Shown here: in pieces, positions 49,984-61,167 of the stretch
How the letters are laid out: each line of letters begins with the position of its first letter
How positions within the stretch are numbered: the first letter of the stretch is position 1
NCBI GenBank assembly: GCA_023920165.1
Contig: CP089280.1
Span: 2,542,001-2,606,000, forward strand
Length of the DNA: 64,000 bases
DNA from: Curvularia clavata
Taxonomy: Eukaryota
Direction of reading: 5' to 3'
Program-made: the position numbers and the translations under genes
The notes under the pieces: generated by a model
What the model was told of the DNA's origin: nothing
Database searches by the model: none
The model's input: only the letters and a program-made list of their open reading frames with translations

Positions 49984-52900
49984 TGTTAAGAGTATGATCT
50001 CGAGTGGAAGTAATATAAGACTTCTAGTGTCAAGATCTTCTTAGGTTGGTTTTCGCGGATAAAGCAATAGTGTGTTATAAACAAAGGTTCTGCAGTAACT
50101 ATTATATTATAGGTACTATACTCGTAACTTAAGTTGAATATATCGAGCTATAAGGGCTTAATACCTATTCCTATATACTTGCGGTGCTCGCAACCCTCGG
50201 TCAGAGGAGTCCGAGTAACCCTCGGTGGCTTATATACGAGGGGCATTCCTCTATGGCTTATGCACGAGAAGTCTGCCAAGACCCTTCCTCGGACATACGC
50301 CACTAAGAAGGTCACGTGATACGTGCCCCCGCGTTACATATGGCTAGGTCGACTGGTCGTCGATGCTTCTTAACTTACCCGCCGTGCCTCTTCCTCCCAG
50401 GTTCGTAACACCATCCTCCTCCTCCTTAAGCTTGTCCTTAAGCTTTTCCTTATGCCTAGCTAACAATGTCTGCCCCCAGGTCTAAAGAACATCTTTGTCT
50501 TACTCTTGAGATTCGTCGTAACGGTCTCCCCGCGCCTATCCCCTGCGATTATTGTTTTGCGAATAACCATCAGTGCGTCGCGATGCCCAAAGTCGACAGC
50601 AAGCGTTTGAAGTGCTCCGAGTGCACTCGTCTGGGTCACCCATGTGTTAACATATCGTAGGTGTTGTTAGACAAGACTCGTGAAGAGTATCAAAAGAAAG
50701 TGGATAAAGATAAGCAATTGTTGGCTCAAGTGATTTTGCGGTTGATGCGAAATAAGAAGATCCTAAAGCAGGCTGAGGAACGTGCTGCGAAGAAGACTAT
50801 GTATTTGGCGAATTTCTTGCGCGAAGGTGGTGATGACGTGGATGCGCAAGAGTCCCTGAACTGCCCCACGGCCGACGCGTTAGTAGGGTTCTCGCCTATT
50901 ATGTAGAGCACTTTAGGTTCCCTAGACGCCCTGGCGTCGTCCTCGAATCCTAGCGATGCTTCTATTTTTTCTTTCTAATAGTAAGTTCTTTTTGTAGTTT
51001 CGTAGTGTCTTTTAATAATTATTAAAATTATCCTCTAGTTCCTATATATTTTCGCTGTTGTCGTATTCTAACTATTTAACTAGATATTCGGTTTTGTTGC
51101 GTATGGTTTAGTATGCTAGAATTTTCTCGACTTCGAATTCGTCTTCTTCTTCTAGTTCGAAATAGAATGTTTTTTGTAATAGCGTTTTGGGGTCTATAGG
51201 TTTCAATAACTTAACGTAGAACCTTAGATATATCTTTACATCTAGTGGTAGATCGAGTGTGTAGGTGACTAGTCTGTTCTAGACTTTAATTAAAAATGGC
51301 CCGATATAAATATTGTCCAATCCCTTACTTAGTTATATCGTGCGAAGGTTTTTTATAAGCAGATATACTTTATCCTCCTTTTTTAGCTAAGATACTATTT
51401 TTCTTTTCTGATTGATATATAAGATACTTTAGCATTAAGCCTTCTCGAGTAATTCTTGTAGTTCTTCGTGTATTTTCTTCATTTCTTCAGCCATAGCGAT
51501 AGCTACTTCTGTTTTCAAACTTGGTAACGTTCTAGTAAAGAGATTCGGGTGTCTTCTGTAGTTTACGTAAAATAGTGTTTATTTCATTAATTCTAATAAT
51601 TTATTATTATATGCTAGTTGTACTATAGGTAGTAATTATATCTAATTATTTTACTAATAGTTAGCGTATATTCGTAGGTATATTTTCATCGTACAGTTTG
51701 TCCTTTCCGTTTGTCTATTGGTTTCGGGGTGGTATACTGTAGACAGCTTTCGCTTAGTACCTATTTCTGCTTAGAGTGTGGTCTAGAAGTTAGATATAAA
51801 GAGCTTATCTCTGTTACTAATAATTGATTTTAGTATTCTATATTGTCTGATAATAACGTCTAGAAAGACATACGCTAGTTTAACTATATTATAGTCTTTT
51901 CTAAATTTCCTGAATTCTGCGTATTTCGTGAATCTGTCAATAATAACTAGTATCGCGTTATAGATTACACTGGTGACGGGGTCTGTTAATGGTAGTAATC
52001 CTGTGACGAAGTCTATAGAGATGTCTGCCCAAGGGTTGCTTGGCAGTTCTAGTGCTTGCATTTCTCCGTATGGTGCGTGCGTGCTGTGCTTGTTCTTCTG
52101 ACAGTGTTCGCATTTAGCGATAAAGGCTGCGACCTTTTCTTTCATTTTGCTGAATTCGAAGTTTCTTTAAATTAGTTCTATTATTCTAGCGATCCTAGGG
52201 TGTCCGTGTACGGGGTTATCGTGATATTATTAAATAATTGCTTCCTACTAGTCTTTAGATATATCGTTTCCGATTATCATAAGTAGGTTAAGCTCGTATG
52301 CTAGGCTTAGTATTCTGTCTTTATTCGTCTAGAGTATTAGTCGGTCTATAATAGTTTTTATCCCTACAATATCTAGCCTTCTGCTAAAAGCGTCTGCTCT
52401 ACTATTGTCTTTTCCTAGTATATATACGATCTTGAATTTATATTGCCTAAGCAGCTTAGCCCATCAGGTCTGTCAACGGTTAAGAACCTTAGTGGTAGTG
52501 AAGTAGGTCAAATTCTTGTAATCTGTGTATATAGTGAGTTCTAAGCAGCTATATACGTAGACTCTCTAGTATTGTATACAGGCTACTATAGCTAGTAGTT
52601 CTTTGTCGTGTACGTCGTATCGTTCTTCTGGTCCTAAGAGCTTCCTTAAGTAGTATGCTATCGGGTACTATTTACTATTAATATAGATGCTAGCGCATCC
52701 TCCTAGGGCTAGATCTAATACGTTAGTTTTAAATTTTAGTAGTACTCCTAGAATAAATATCCTAAAGTATAGTAGTGTAGTATATACTTTCTTAATTATC
52801 TTAAAGGCGTTATCTACCTTTTTATTCTAATCCTATAGGATATCTTTTCTCGTAAGCCGTATTATTAGTATTACGATCTTCAAGTAATCTTTAATAAATT

Positions 52901-55900
52901 CTTAGTTAAAATTCGTAAATTCTAAGAATAACTAAATGTCCGTAACTGACTTTAGTATCAGCCAATTCTTAATAATTTTAATTTTTTCTTCGCTTATTTG
53001 TACTCCATTAGTCCCTACTACGTAGCCTAAGAAGTTGACCTTAGTCTTATAAAATTCACACTTCTTTAGCTTAAGTCGAAGACTATACTCGTCTAGGGCT
53101 TTTAACACCTTTCTGATGTACTCAGTATATTATTCTTCGTCCTTAGAGTAGATTAGGATATTATCTAGATAGGCGATAACGAATATATCTAGATAGAGTC
53201 TAAATACATTATTAATAAGTTTTTAAAACGTAGCTAGGGCATTCGTTAGCCCAAATGGCATGACTGTGTATTCGTAGTGTCCGTATTATATTCAGAAAGC
53301 CGTTTTCTATTCTTTACCTTTCTTAATTCTAATAAGATAGTATCCGTCTCGTAGATCTAATACTATAAAGATCTCTACTCAAGATAGTCAATCCCTAAGT
53401 TCTCTAATATTTGGTAGTAGATATCGATTCTTAACTATAATATCGTTAAGTTATCTATAGTCAACGCATAGTCGATCTGTTCTATCCTTCTTTAGTACAA
53501 ATATAATAGGGTATCCCGCTAGGGATTTTAACAGTTATATATAGCCTTTCGCTAGTAACTTGTCTATATACTCTCGTAGTACTGCAAGTTCTCGTTCTAA
53601 TAGTTGGTAAATTAGGCCGAAAGTCGGTTACTTTCCTTCCTGTAGAACTATTTTATGGTCCTAAAGTTGATGCTTTGGTAACGCTTATTCGTCTACCACT
53701 TTCTAAAATAGATGCTTAAATGCTCTATATTATTTAGAGATTTCCAGAGTTACGCCCTTCTCCTTTCCTCTAGCTTTATAGTCTATTAGCCTGGTTTTAG
53801 TATCTACTAAATTTGGCTTCCTACTCTAGAAACTACCTTTCAAGTACGCTCGTTTCTCTACGTTATTACACTGTTTAGTAATATTACTCTCATCTACTAT
53901 CGAACTCTGCCGATGCGTAGACTGGCTTACAGTTGCGCCTAGTCCGCAGCACTCGAATTTAAACACTTTCGACTTCCAGTCGATCCGCGGGTTGTGTTCT
54001 CGTAGCCATAGGAGTCCTAAAATAATATCGTGGATAGCTAGTCTAAGGACGTCTAGGTCTATTTCCTTCTTATGCTCTTAGATGCTAAGTGTCACTTGTC
54101 TGACCTCGTCTGTGATTCTGTTTCCTTTAGGCATTGGTTCGCCGCTGGCGACATATAGTGGGTATAGCTCTTATTTCTGCTGTACTTTAAGTCTAGCTTG
54201 TTATACGGCGTGCGCTGAAACGTAGTTTGCCTATAATTCTGAGTCTACTAATACCTGCATCCATATTCTGTTAAGCTTCATTATAAGCTTAATCAATTCT
54301 AGAGAGTTTACTAAGTTAATTTCCCTAGAGAGGCCCTACCTTCGTGGCGCTAGCCTAAAAAAGTCTATAATTTCTTTATAAATCCGTTATAGAGTTTTTC
54401 TACTTCATATTTCTCGCATTCATCTAAGAGATAAGTATGCTATAAGGGTTAGTTACATACTTGTTATACGCTGCCCTTACTTTAAATAATACGGGTAGTT
54501 TATATATCTACTACTTCTCTTAGACTATCTCTTCTAGGGAAGTGTATCGCGGTGCGCTTATCCTATAGATACCTCGCGTATCCTATATTAGTATACTCTA
54601 ACCATATCTAGCTATATTTAGGGTATCCGGCAACACTAGTTGGGTTCCAGTCAGATCCTTGCTTAGCTTGCCAATGTGTTAGGCAGAAGTCATAGGTGCA
54701 ACCTGTCCAGTAGATCCACGCATGCTTATAGTTGTTTGCGTAGTACTAACAGAGACTAAGTTAGTACTAATTATCGCGTATCTAGTCAGCTTATGCCTTC
54801 TTAGCCCATTAAGGTGTCGTTGTGGAGTTCTCTTTCTAAGGTATCTTCTTATCTTCAGAGAACTCCGTGTTTTCTTATAGTCATTGGATATTGGCCATAA
54901 TATGCGTGTAGTCTAGTAGTTTCTAATTAGTTATAATAGAAAAGAAGTCAATATCTAATCTGAGATTCTACATATCTTTATACATATAAAGAAGTATATT
55001 AAGCTCGTTATAATTATACCCATAAAAGGGTTAACTTAAGAGTTGTCGTAGTACATTAGTCTGTAGTTCTACATATTTCGGGTCATCCTTTGCGTATAGA
55101 ATTTCTAGTAAGGCGCTATCGTAGTGCGGAGTAGCCAGTCGGTGTTTTTTCTTAAACTCAGCCATCTTCTTATATTTAGTCTTATACGTAGGAGTTTCTT
55201 CTTCCTCGCTAAGTATTTCGTACCCTTCGTCGCTATTTAGTTTAGCTTCAGTAGTATCCTCGGACGTAGTAAGCGTGATATTCTCTAGTCCGCTAATAAG
55301 TCCCTCGTCGTCCAGGTGATATCAGATCTTAGCTAGAGTAATAACGTTCTATCCCTCGTCATTATCTAATTCTGATTTTCTACATAATACATTAAGTTGT
55401 CGTTTAATCTTATTAGTGTCTTTACTTCGACAGTCTCGTGCCATATAGCCTTTCTTGCCACAGGCGTAGTAGTTAAACTTCTTCTTACCTTTAGATAGTT
55501 CCTTATTAAACTTGCTAAGCCCATTGCCTTTATTAATATTATTAAGGTGTATTAGTTCCGCACTATATCTATAATAGGCTCCTAGGGTCCTAGACGCGTA
55601 GTTTCGCTGTCAACCTTCGTTCAGGTAAGCACGTCGATAGCTATACTTCTTAGGTTGTTCGTTTATATATCCCTAGTTGCGCGTTCCCTTACTAAACAGT
55701 CGTTCTTCTAATAAGAGTTCGTAGAGTTCGTTGTCCAGTCGAATGGATTCTTCGATAAGTTCTTCCAGTATACTAATACTAGCTCCACTTCGCATAAGTT
55801 CCCTGCGTACAGTAGGTTTAAGACCTTGCTTATACATGCGCATAAAGGTATTATTATCCTATTCCACAACCGTAGCGTACTGCTAAAACAGTATAGTATA

Positions 55901-56740
55901 GTTAGTAGCGGACTACGTCTAGCGAAGTTCCTAGATCTTTTATTCCGCAATAACTAATTCTTTAAATAGTAAGAAGTTCTGTCGCATCTTAGTTTTAAAA
56001 GCGTCCCAGTTCTCGACTAGGGCTACATTATCAGCATTCTAGATAGAGTCATCCATATAGCGTTCAATAATAGGGTTAGCCTACTTCTTAGCATCGCCGC
56101 GAAAGTATAAAGTAGCCACAATAACCTTATCAGTGTCATCGATCTTGTCTCCTTCAAGATAGAAGTGTCGGTCGACCTAGAGGAGCCAAGCCTTAAGCTT
56201 CTTACGTTCTCTATAGTATAAGTCAGGCTTATATCCACGAGTAGTGGATCCTCCAGTCTAGGAAGCGTCAGAAGTATTCATAGCAATATCGCTCATCGTA
56301 AAAGTATTTAAAGTATTAAGAGTATAATCTCAAGTAGAAGTAATATAAGACTTCTAGTGTTAAGATCTTCTTAGGTTGGTTTTCGCAGATAAAGCAATAG
56401 TATATTATAAACAAAAATTCTACAGTAACTATTATATTATAGGTACTATACTTATAACTTAAGTTAAACACATCGAGCCATAAAGGCTCAATACCTATTC
56501 CTATATACTTACGGTACTCGCAACCCTCGGTCAGAGGAGTCCGAGTAACCCTCGGTGGCTTATATACGAAGGGCATTCCTCTATAGCTTATGCACGAGGA
56601 GTCTGCCAAGACCCTTCCTCAGACATGCGCCACCGAGGAGGTCACGTGATGCGTGCCCCCGCGTTACATATGGCTGGGTCGACTGGTCGTCAATGCTTCT
56701 TAACTTACCCGCCGTGCCTCTTCCTCCCAGGTTCGTAACA
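49984..56740 (-). mobile_element. Full-length Ty3/Gypsy chromovirus, family B copy 1, RIP-inactivated
   Basis: 427-bp LTRs 49984-50410 and 56314-56740, CTTAT TSD, PPT at 50411-50427. gag ~56296 with knuckle ..ACGKKGYMARDC, RT AYLDNI (RIP of YLDD) ~53165, integrase PWADISIDFVTGL, and chromodomain EFEVEKIL..YLVK ~51050-51140. Confidence 0.96.
50466..50906 (+). pseudogene. Antisense accessory ORF of Gypsy B1: Zn(II)2Cys6 cluster + coiled coil (~146 aa; one RIP stop)
   Basis: CDYC-x6-C-x12-CSEC-x6-C with all six Cys intact. The TAG at 50658-50660 is TGG in copy B2. Followed by the helical LDKTREEYQKKVDKDKQLLAQVILRLMRNKKILKQAEERA. Confidence 0.85.
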
Positions 56741-58957
56741 CTTATACAGCAAGACTGCTACGAGATTATAACAGTCGACCTATAAGAGCTTGAATAAAGT
56801 AAAGGCTCTGAGAGATACTAGAAGCTAAAAAGCTCAGAAATCAAAGCTCTGTCTACTCTACGACTTAGTCTAGACGACGGGCCTCTACTACAGTCAAAAG
56901 ATATGAAAACTCTATATAGTCTATAGAATCACCTAAAGAAGCTATATAGCCTAAAAGGCTTTAGCTCTAACTTCTTAATTTGTAAAGATCTTATCAATAC
57001 GACCGTGCAGCAGTGCCAAAACAACGTCGAAATATATCTCTAAAAAATTAACAGACTAGTCCTTAGTCTAGAGAGCCGAAATCTAGCACTACCGCACCGA
57101 TTTATTGCTGCTTTGATTCTCAATAATCTAAGCTCAGACTTTAACTATTTAGTTACAGCTATTACTTAAGATTTTAGATCTAATAAAGAGATTGATCTTG
57201 AGAACTTATACAACCAAATTATGGACGAATCAAGACGCCAGAAATTGATTAGAAGCAGCAGCGGCAGTAACTTAAATAGCTCTTACCAAAAGAGCTACAG
57301 ACCATACCAAAGGAGCCTAATTAGCAGCTCTAACTAAGCTCCACAGTCAAAAGATGTCGAAATGACTTTGGCTACTCAAAAATCCACCAAAAGTCCAAAA
57401 TACTGCTCTCACTGCAAGAGAAATGGATATTTAGTCGACCAATGCTGGCAGAAAGACCCTAGCAAACGCCCCAGTTGGACATATCACAAGCCTAAGACAG
57501 CTCTATCTATAGTAGTTTTAGTCAATCCAAATATCGCAGATATCAAAGCTGCTTTATCCACTGAGTCTTCCAAGTCGATTGAGTGGATATTAGACAGCGC
57601 CGCCAGCTCCCATATTTGCTCTGACCGACAGCTTTTTAGAAGCCTTACTAGCGTCAGCAATACGTATATCAAATGGAGCAACTCTACCGCGTTGCTACAA
57701 GCAACAGCCAAAGGCGAAGTGCCAATCAAATTTACGAGTACGGGCGAGACAGTAGTACTTAAAGAAGTCTTACTAGTGCTGGACTTCAAAGTCAATCTAC
57801 TTAGTCTCTACCAAGCAGTTCAAAAAGGAGCTAAATTCGAGTTTTCAAAGACTAGCAGTCTAATTAGGCTATCTAGCAAAATACTAGCGAAGGGGCAATA
57901 CGCTAGAAATATTGCTACTTTTACTGCAGTTAGCAATATCTAAACTAGCCAAGTCTATGTAGAGGCATACAATACAGAGCTGACAGCCAAATCCGTCCAA
58001 CCAAATCAGCCAGATCAGTCTAAGCCAGACGATCAAATGTCTCTTCTACACCGACGTTTTGGCCATATTGGTAAAACTAGCTTAAATAAGCTAAGTGAGA
58101 ACACCAAAGGCGTCAAATCAAATGCTAAAGCTAGCACTGGATTTAACAACTGCGAAATTTGCTTAAAAAGTAAATTTGCTAGCAAGATAAGTAGAGATCC
58201 AATATCTACGCCAGTCCACCAGTTTAGTAATTTGATCTACTGCGACCTAGGGGGGCCGATTAAGCCAAAGACGAATAAGGGCTATTGGTATTATATTACC
58301 TTTCTAGACTACTACACTAAATATCTAGAAGTAGACTTACTTACGTCTAGATCAGAGCTAGTCAAGCCAGTCAAAGCTTTTGTTAAGAAAGCAGAAGTCT
58401 AAGACTCAAAGCAGATCAAAGCTATCCAATCAGACAATAAGTTGGACACGCTAGAGCTGCAAAAGCTAGCTACTAGAAAGGGATTTAAACTCCGATTTAC
58501 TCCCCCATTCAATCCAGAAGGCAAAGGCGGAGCCGAGCGGATCAACCGAACGTTATTTAACAAGATAAGAGCTCTGCTATTTAAAGCCAAAATGCCTAAT
58601 AAGCTGTGGGCAGAAGCTCTACTAGCGGCAGTGTATCTATACAATAGAACACCGCACAGCTCTATTGGCTTTAAGACGCTATTTGAAGCCAAATATGGAT
58701 ATAAACCAGACGTCAGCAATGTTAGAATCTGGGGATCTCTAGCATATAAGAAAGAGCCAAAAGAGTTTCTTGGCAAACTAGATTCTCGTGTCCAGCAGTA
58801 CTACCTTGTTAGATATATTAGTAAAAATCTATATCGTCTAATCGATATTAGAACTAATAAGGTTACTACTGCAAGAGACGTCCAAATACTAGAAGGAGTG
58901 TTCAATAATCAAGCTCCTGATCAAGAACTGCAGCTAGACGAAGAGCGAAATACTGTG

Positions 58958-59020
58958 CCAAATACTCAGTCAAATACTCAGCCAAATACTGAGCCAAATA
59001 CTGAGCCAAATACTAGCCAG
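58958..59020 (+). repeat. 12-bp tandem repeat (CCAAATACTSAG) in the Copia integrase-RT linker
   Basis: Encodes PNTQSNTQPNTEPNTEPNTS. Confidence 0.8.
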
Positions 59021-60847
59021 TCAAATCCACCAGCCAACTCCATGAGAGTAGTTGGAAGAAATCCGATTGTTTTGATCAAAAAGAGAGCTAAGTCAGCAGA
59101 ATTAGCTCTATCCACCAATCAAAAAGCTCCACCAGAAACAGCAGCAGAGGACATTATCCTAGAAGAAGTCTTATTTACTTCAAAGGATATCACTGATCCA
59201 AAAAGCTACGCTCAAGTGCTGCAGCACCAAGACAGTCAGCACTATCTATCAGCTATGCAAAACGAGCTAGACCAGCTGCAAAAGAACGACACTTGGAAGC
59301 TTATACCAAGACCGTCCGAATATCCAGTTCTCAAAGGCCGCTAGGTATTTAACAAAAAATACCAGCAAAATGGCGATTTTATATTCAAAGCACGTTAGAT
59401 AGCGAAAGGCTTTCAACAAGAGCTTGGAGTCAACTACTACGAGACATTCGCCAATACTACTCGGCCTGATCTAATCCAGCTACTACTAGCCATTTCAGCA
59501 GCTCAAAACTGGCATATAAAAAGCTGGGATGTCAAGCAAGCTTTCCTAAATGCTTTAATCGACACGACTATATACGTCGAGCAGCCAGAAGGATTTCAAG
59601 ATCAGCACTATCCACAGCACGTCTGCTTACTTAACAAGGCTCTATACGGGCTAAAACAAGCCAGTAGATAGTGGCAGAAACTACTAGCAAGCCTACTCGG
59701 ACAACTAGGCTTCAAATCTCTGTCTATTGACACTGCCACTTATATCAATATCGAGCAGAAGCTTGTTATAGCTACTCACGTAGACGACTTACTTATTTTT
59801 AGAAAACAAGAGCAAAGTATTTAAAAGCTATTCAAAGACCTAACAGCTATCTCAAAGCTTGAGATCAAAGATCTAGGCGACGTCTCAGAGTTTCTTGGAG
59901 TCCAAGTAATTAGATCTAGACGAGCGATCTATATTACCTAAGAAAACTATCTACAAAGGCTACTTGCTAGATTTAATAAGCAAGATATTAAGCCAAGACA
60001 GACTCCACTGCAACAGAATATCAAGCTCAACAGAAACAGCCAAACGGCTACTCCAAACGCCACCAATATGTACCAGTAGCAAATTGGCTCTCTCATCTAT
60101 CTATCCATTTTTACTCGGCCGGATATTACCTACGCAGTCAATCTTCTATCCAGATTCATGGCCAATCCGAGCACCGAGCATTTCAGCAGTCTAGACTACC
60201 TATGGGGATATCTAGCTCAGTCAAGACAGCTAGGACTACTCTATCAGCTCAGTACTGATAACCAAAACAGCATCAAAAACAGTCAATCTGCACCAAATAG
60301 CTTAGATCTAATTAAACTGATTGGATCTACGGATGCAGATTAGGGGGGTGACTTTGACAGTAGAAGATCTACCACTGGATACATATTTTTACTCCAGTCA
60401 AACAAGAGCAACTGCGCGATTTCTTGGCTGTCAAAACTACAGCCGATAGTAGCACTATCAAGCGCAGAAGCTGAATTCATGGCCTACCGAGAAGTAGTTA
60501 AATAGAGCTTATATCTCACCCAGTTTATCAAAGAGATTAAAGCTCTATATCCAATACTGCCAGACATAGACAAGACAGCTACTACTGTCTACTCAGACAG
60601 CCAAAGTGCAATCCAACTCACCAAAAATCCTACCTATCACGCTAGGATAAAACACATCGATATCCAATACTACTTTATCCGTGAGAAGGTAGAGACCAAA
60701 CAGATCCAGCTAGTATATCAAAACACTAGCTGTCTACTAGCCGACAGTCTCACTAAGGCTACAAGCGCCGACAAGACTCGAGACTTTCTACTTGGAGCAA
60801 ATCTAGTAGATATATCCCAAATTACAGCTTCCTAGCTTAAGGGGGCG

Positions 60848-61167
60848 TGTTGTAGATCTAAGCTAGTCAGCTAATCTACAGTATCTAGGTGCGTACTCCT
60901 ATACCCAGAATCAACTTAGTCTATAGTCGATCTGTCAAGACTATAATCGATCTATAGACATCTGTCTATGACGCCAAAGATTACGCAAGCTACTACTAGA
61001 TAGATTCTTCTAGAATCTACTCCAGCCAATATATATAGTAGTAGAATAGCTAGTAGATAGAAACCAGAGCAGTTTATACAAAGTCAATCGTATCCATCAA
61101 CTCTCTCCCCTAGCATATACTACTTACTTGAGTCTTTAATCAAGCTACCTCTGAGTCTACTACTAGT
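60848..61167 (+). repeat. 3' LTR of Copia (split by the Gypsy B2 insertion after CTAGT)
   Basis: Matches 49165-~49484 and stops where TGTTAAGAG begins. Confidence 0.93.

Larger units (their letters stand above)
49165..61167 (+). mobile_element. Ty1/Copia LTR retrotransposon, interrupted in gag by Gypsy B1 and in its 3' LTR by Gypsy B2
   Basis: 5' LTR 49165-49513 followed by PBS GGTTATGAGCCC. gag ~49895 resumes at 56746 (NYDI*ALRIEVVLI|QQDCYE). Knuckle CSHCKRNGYLVDQC, protease WILDSAASSHIC, HRRFGH..CEIC, integrase, RT ATHVDDL ~59775, RNaseH ADSLTK, PPT AAGGGGGCG, and 3' LTR from 60848. Confidence 0.96.
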
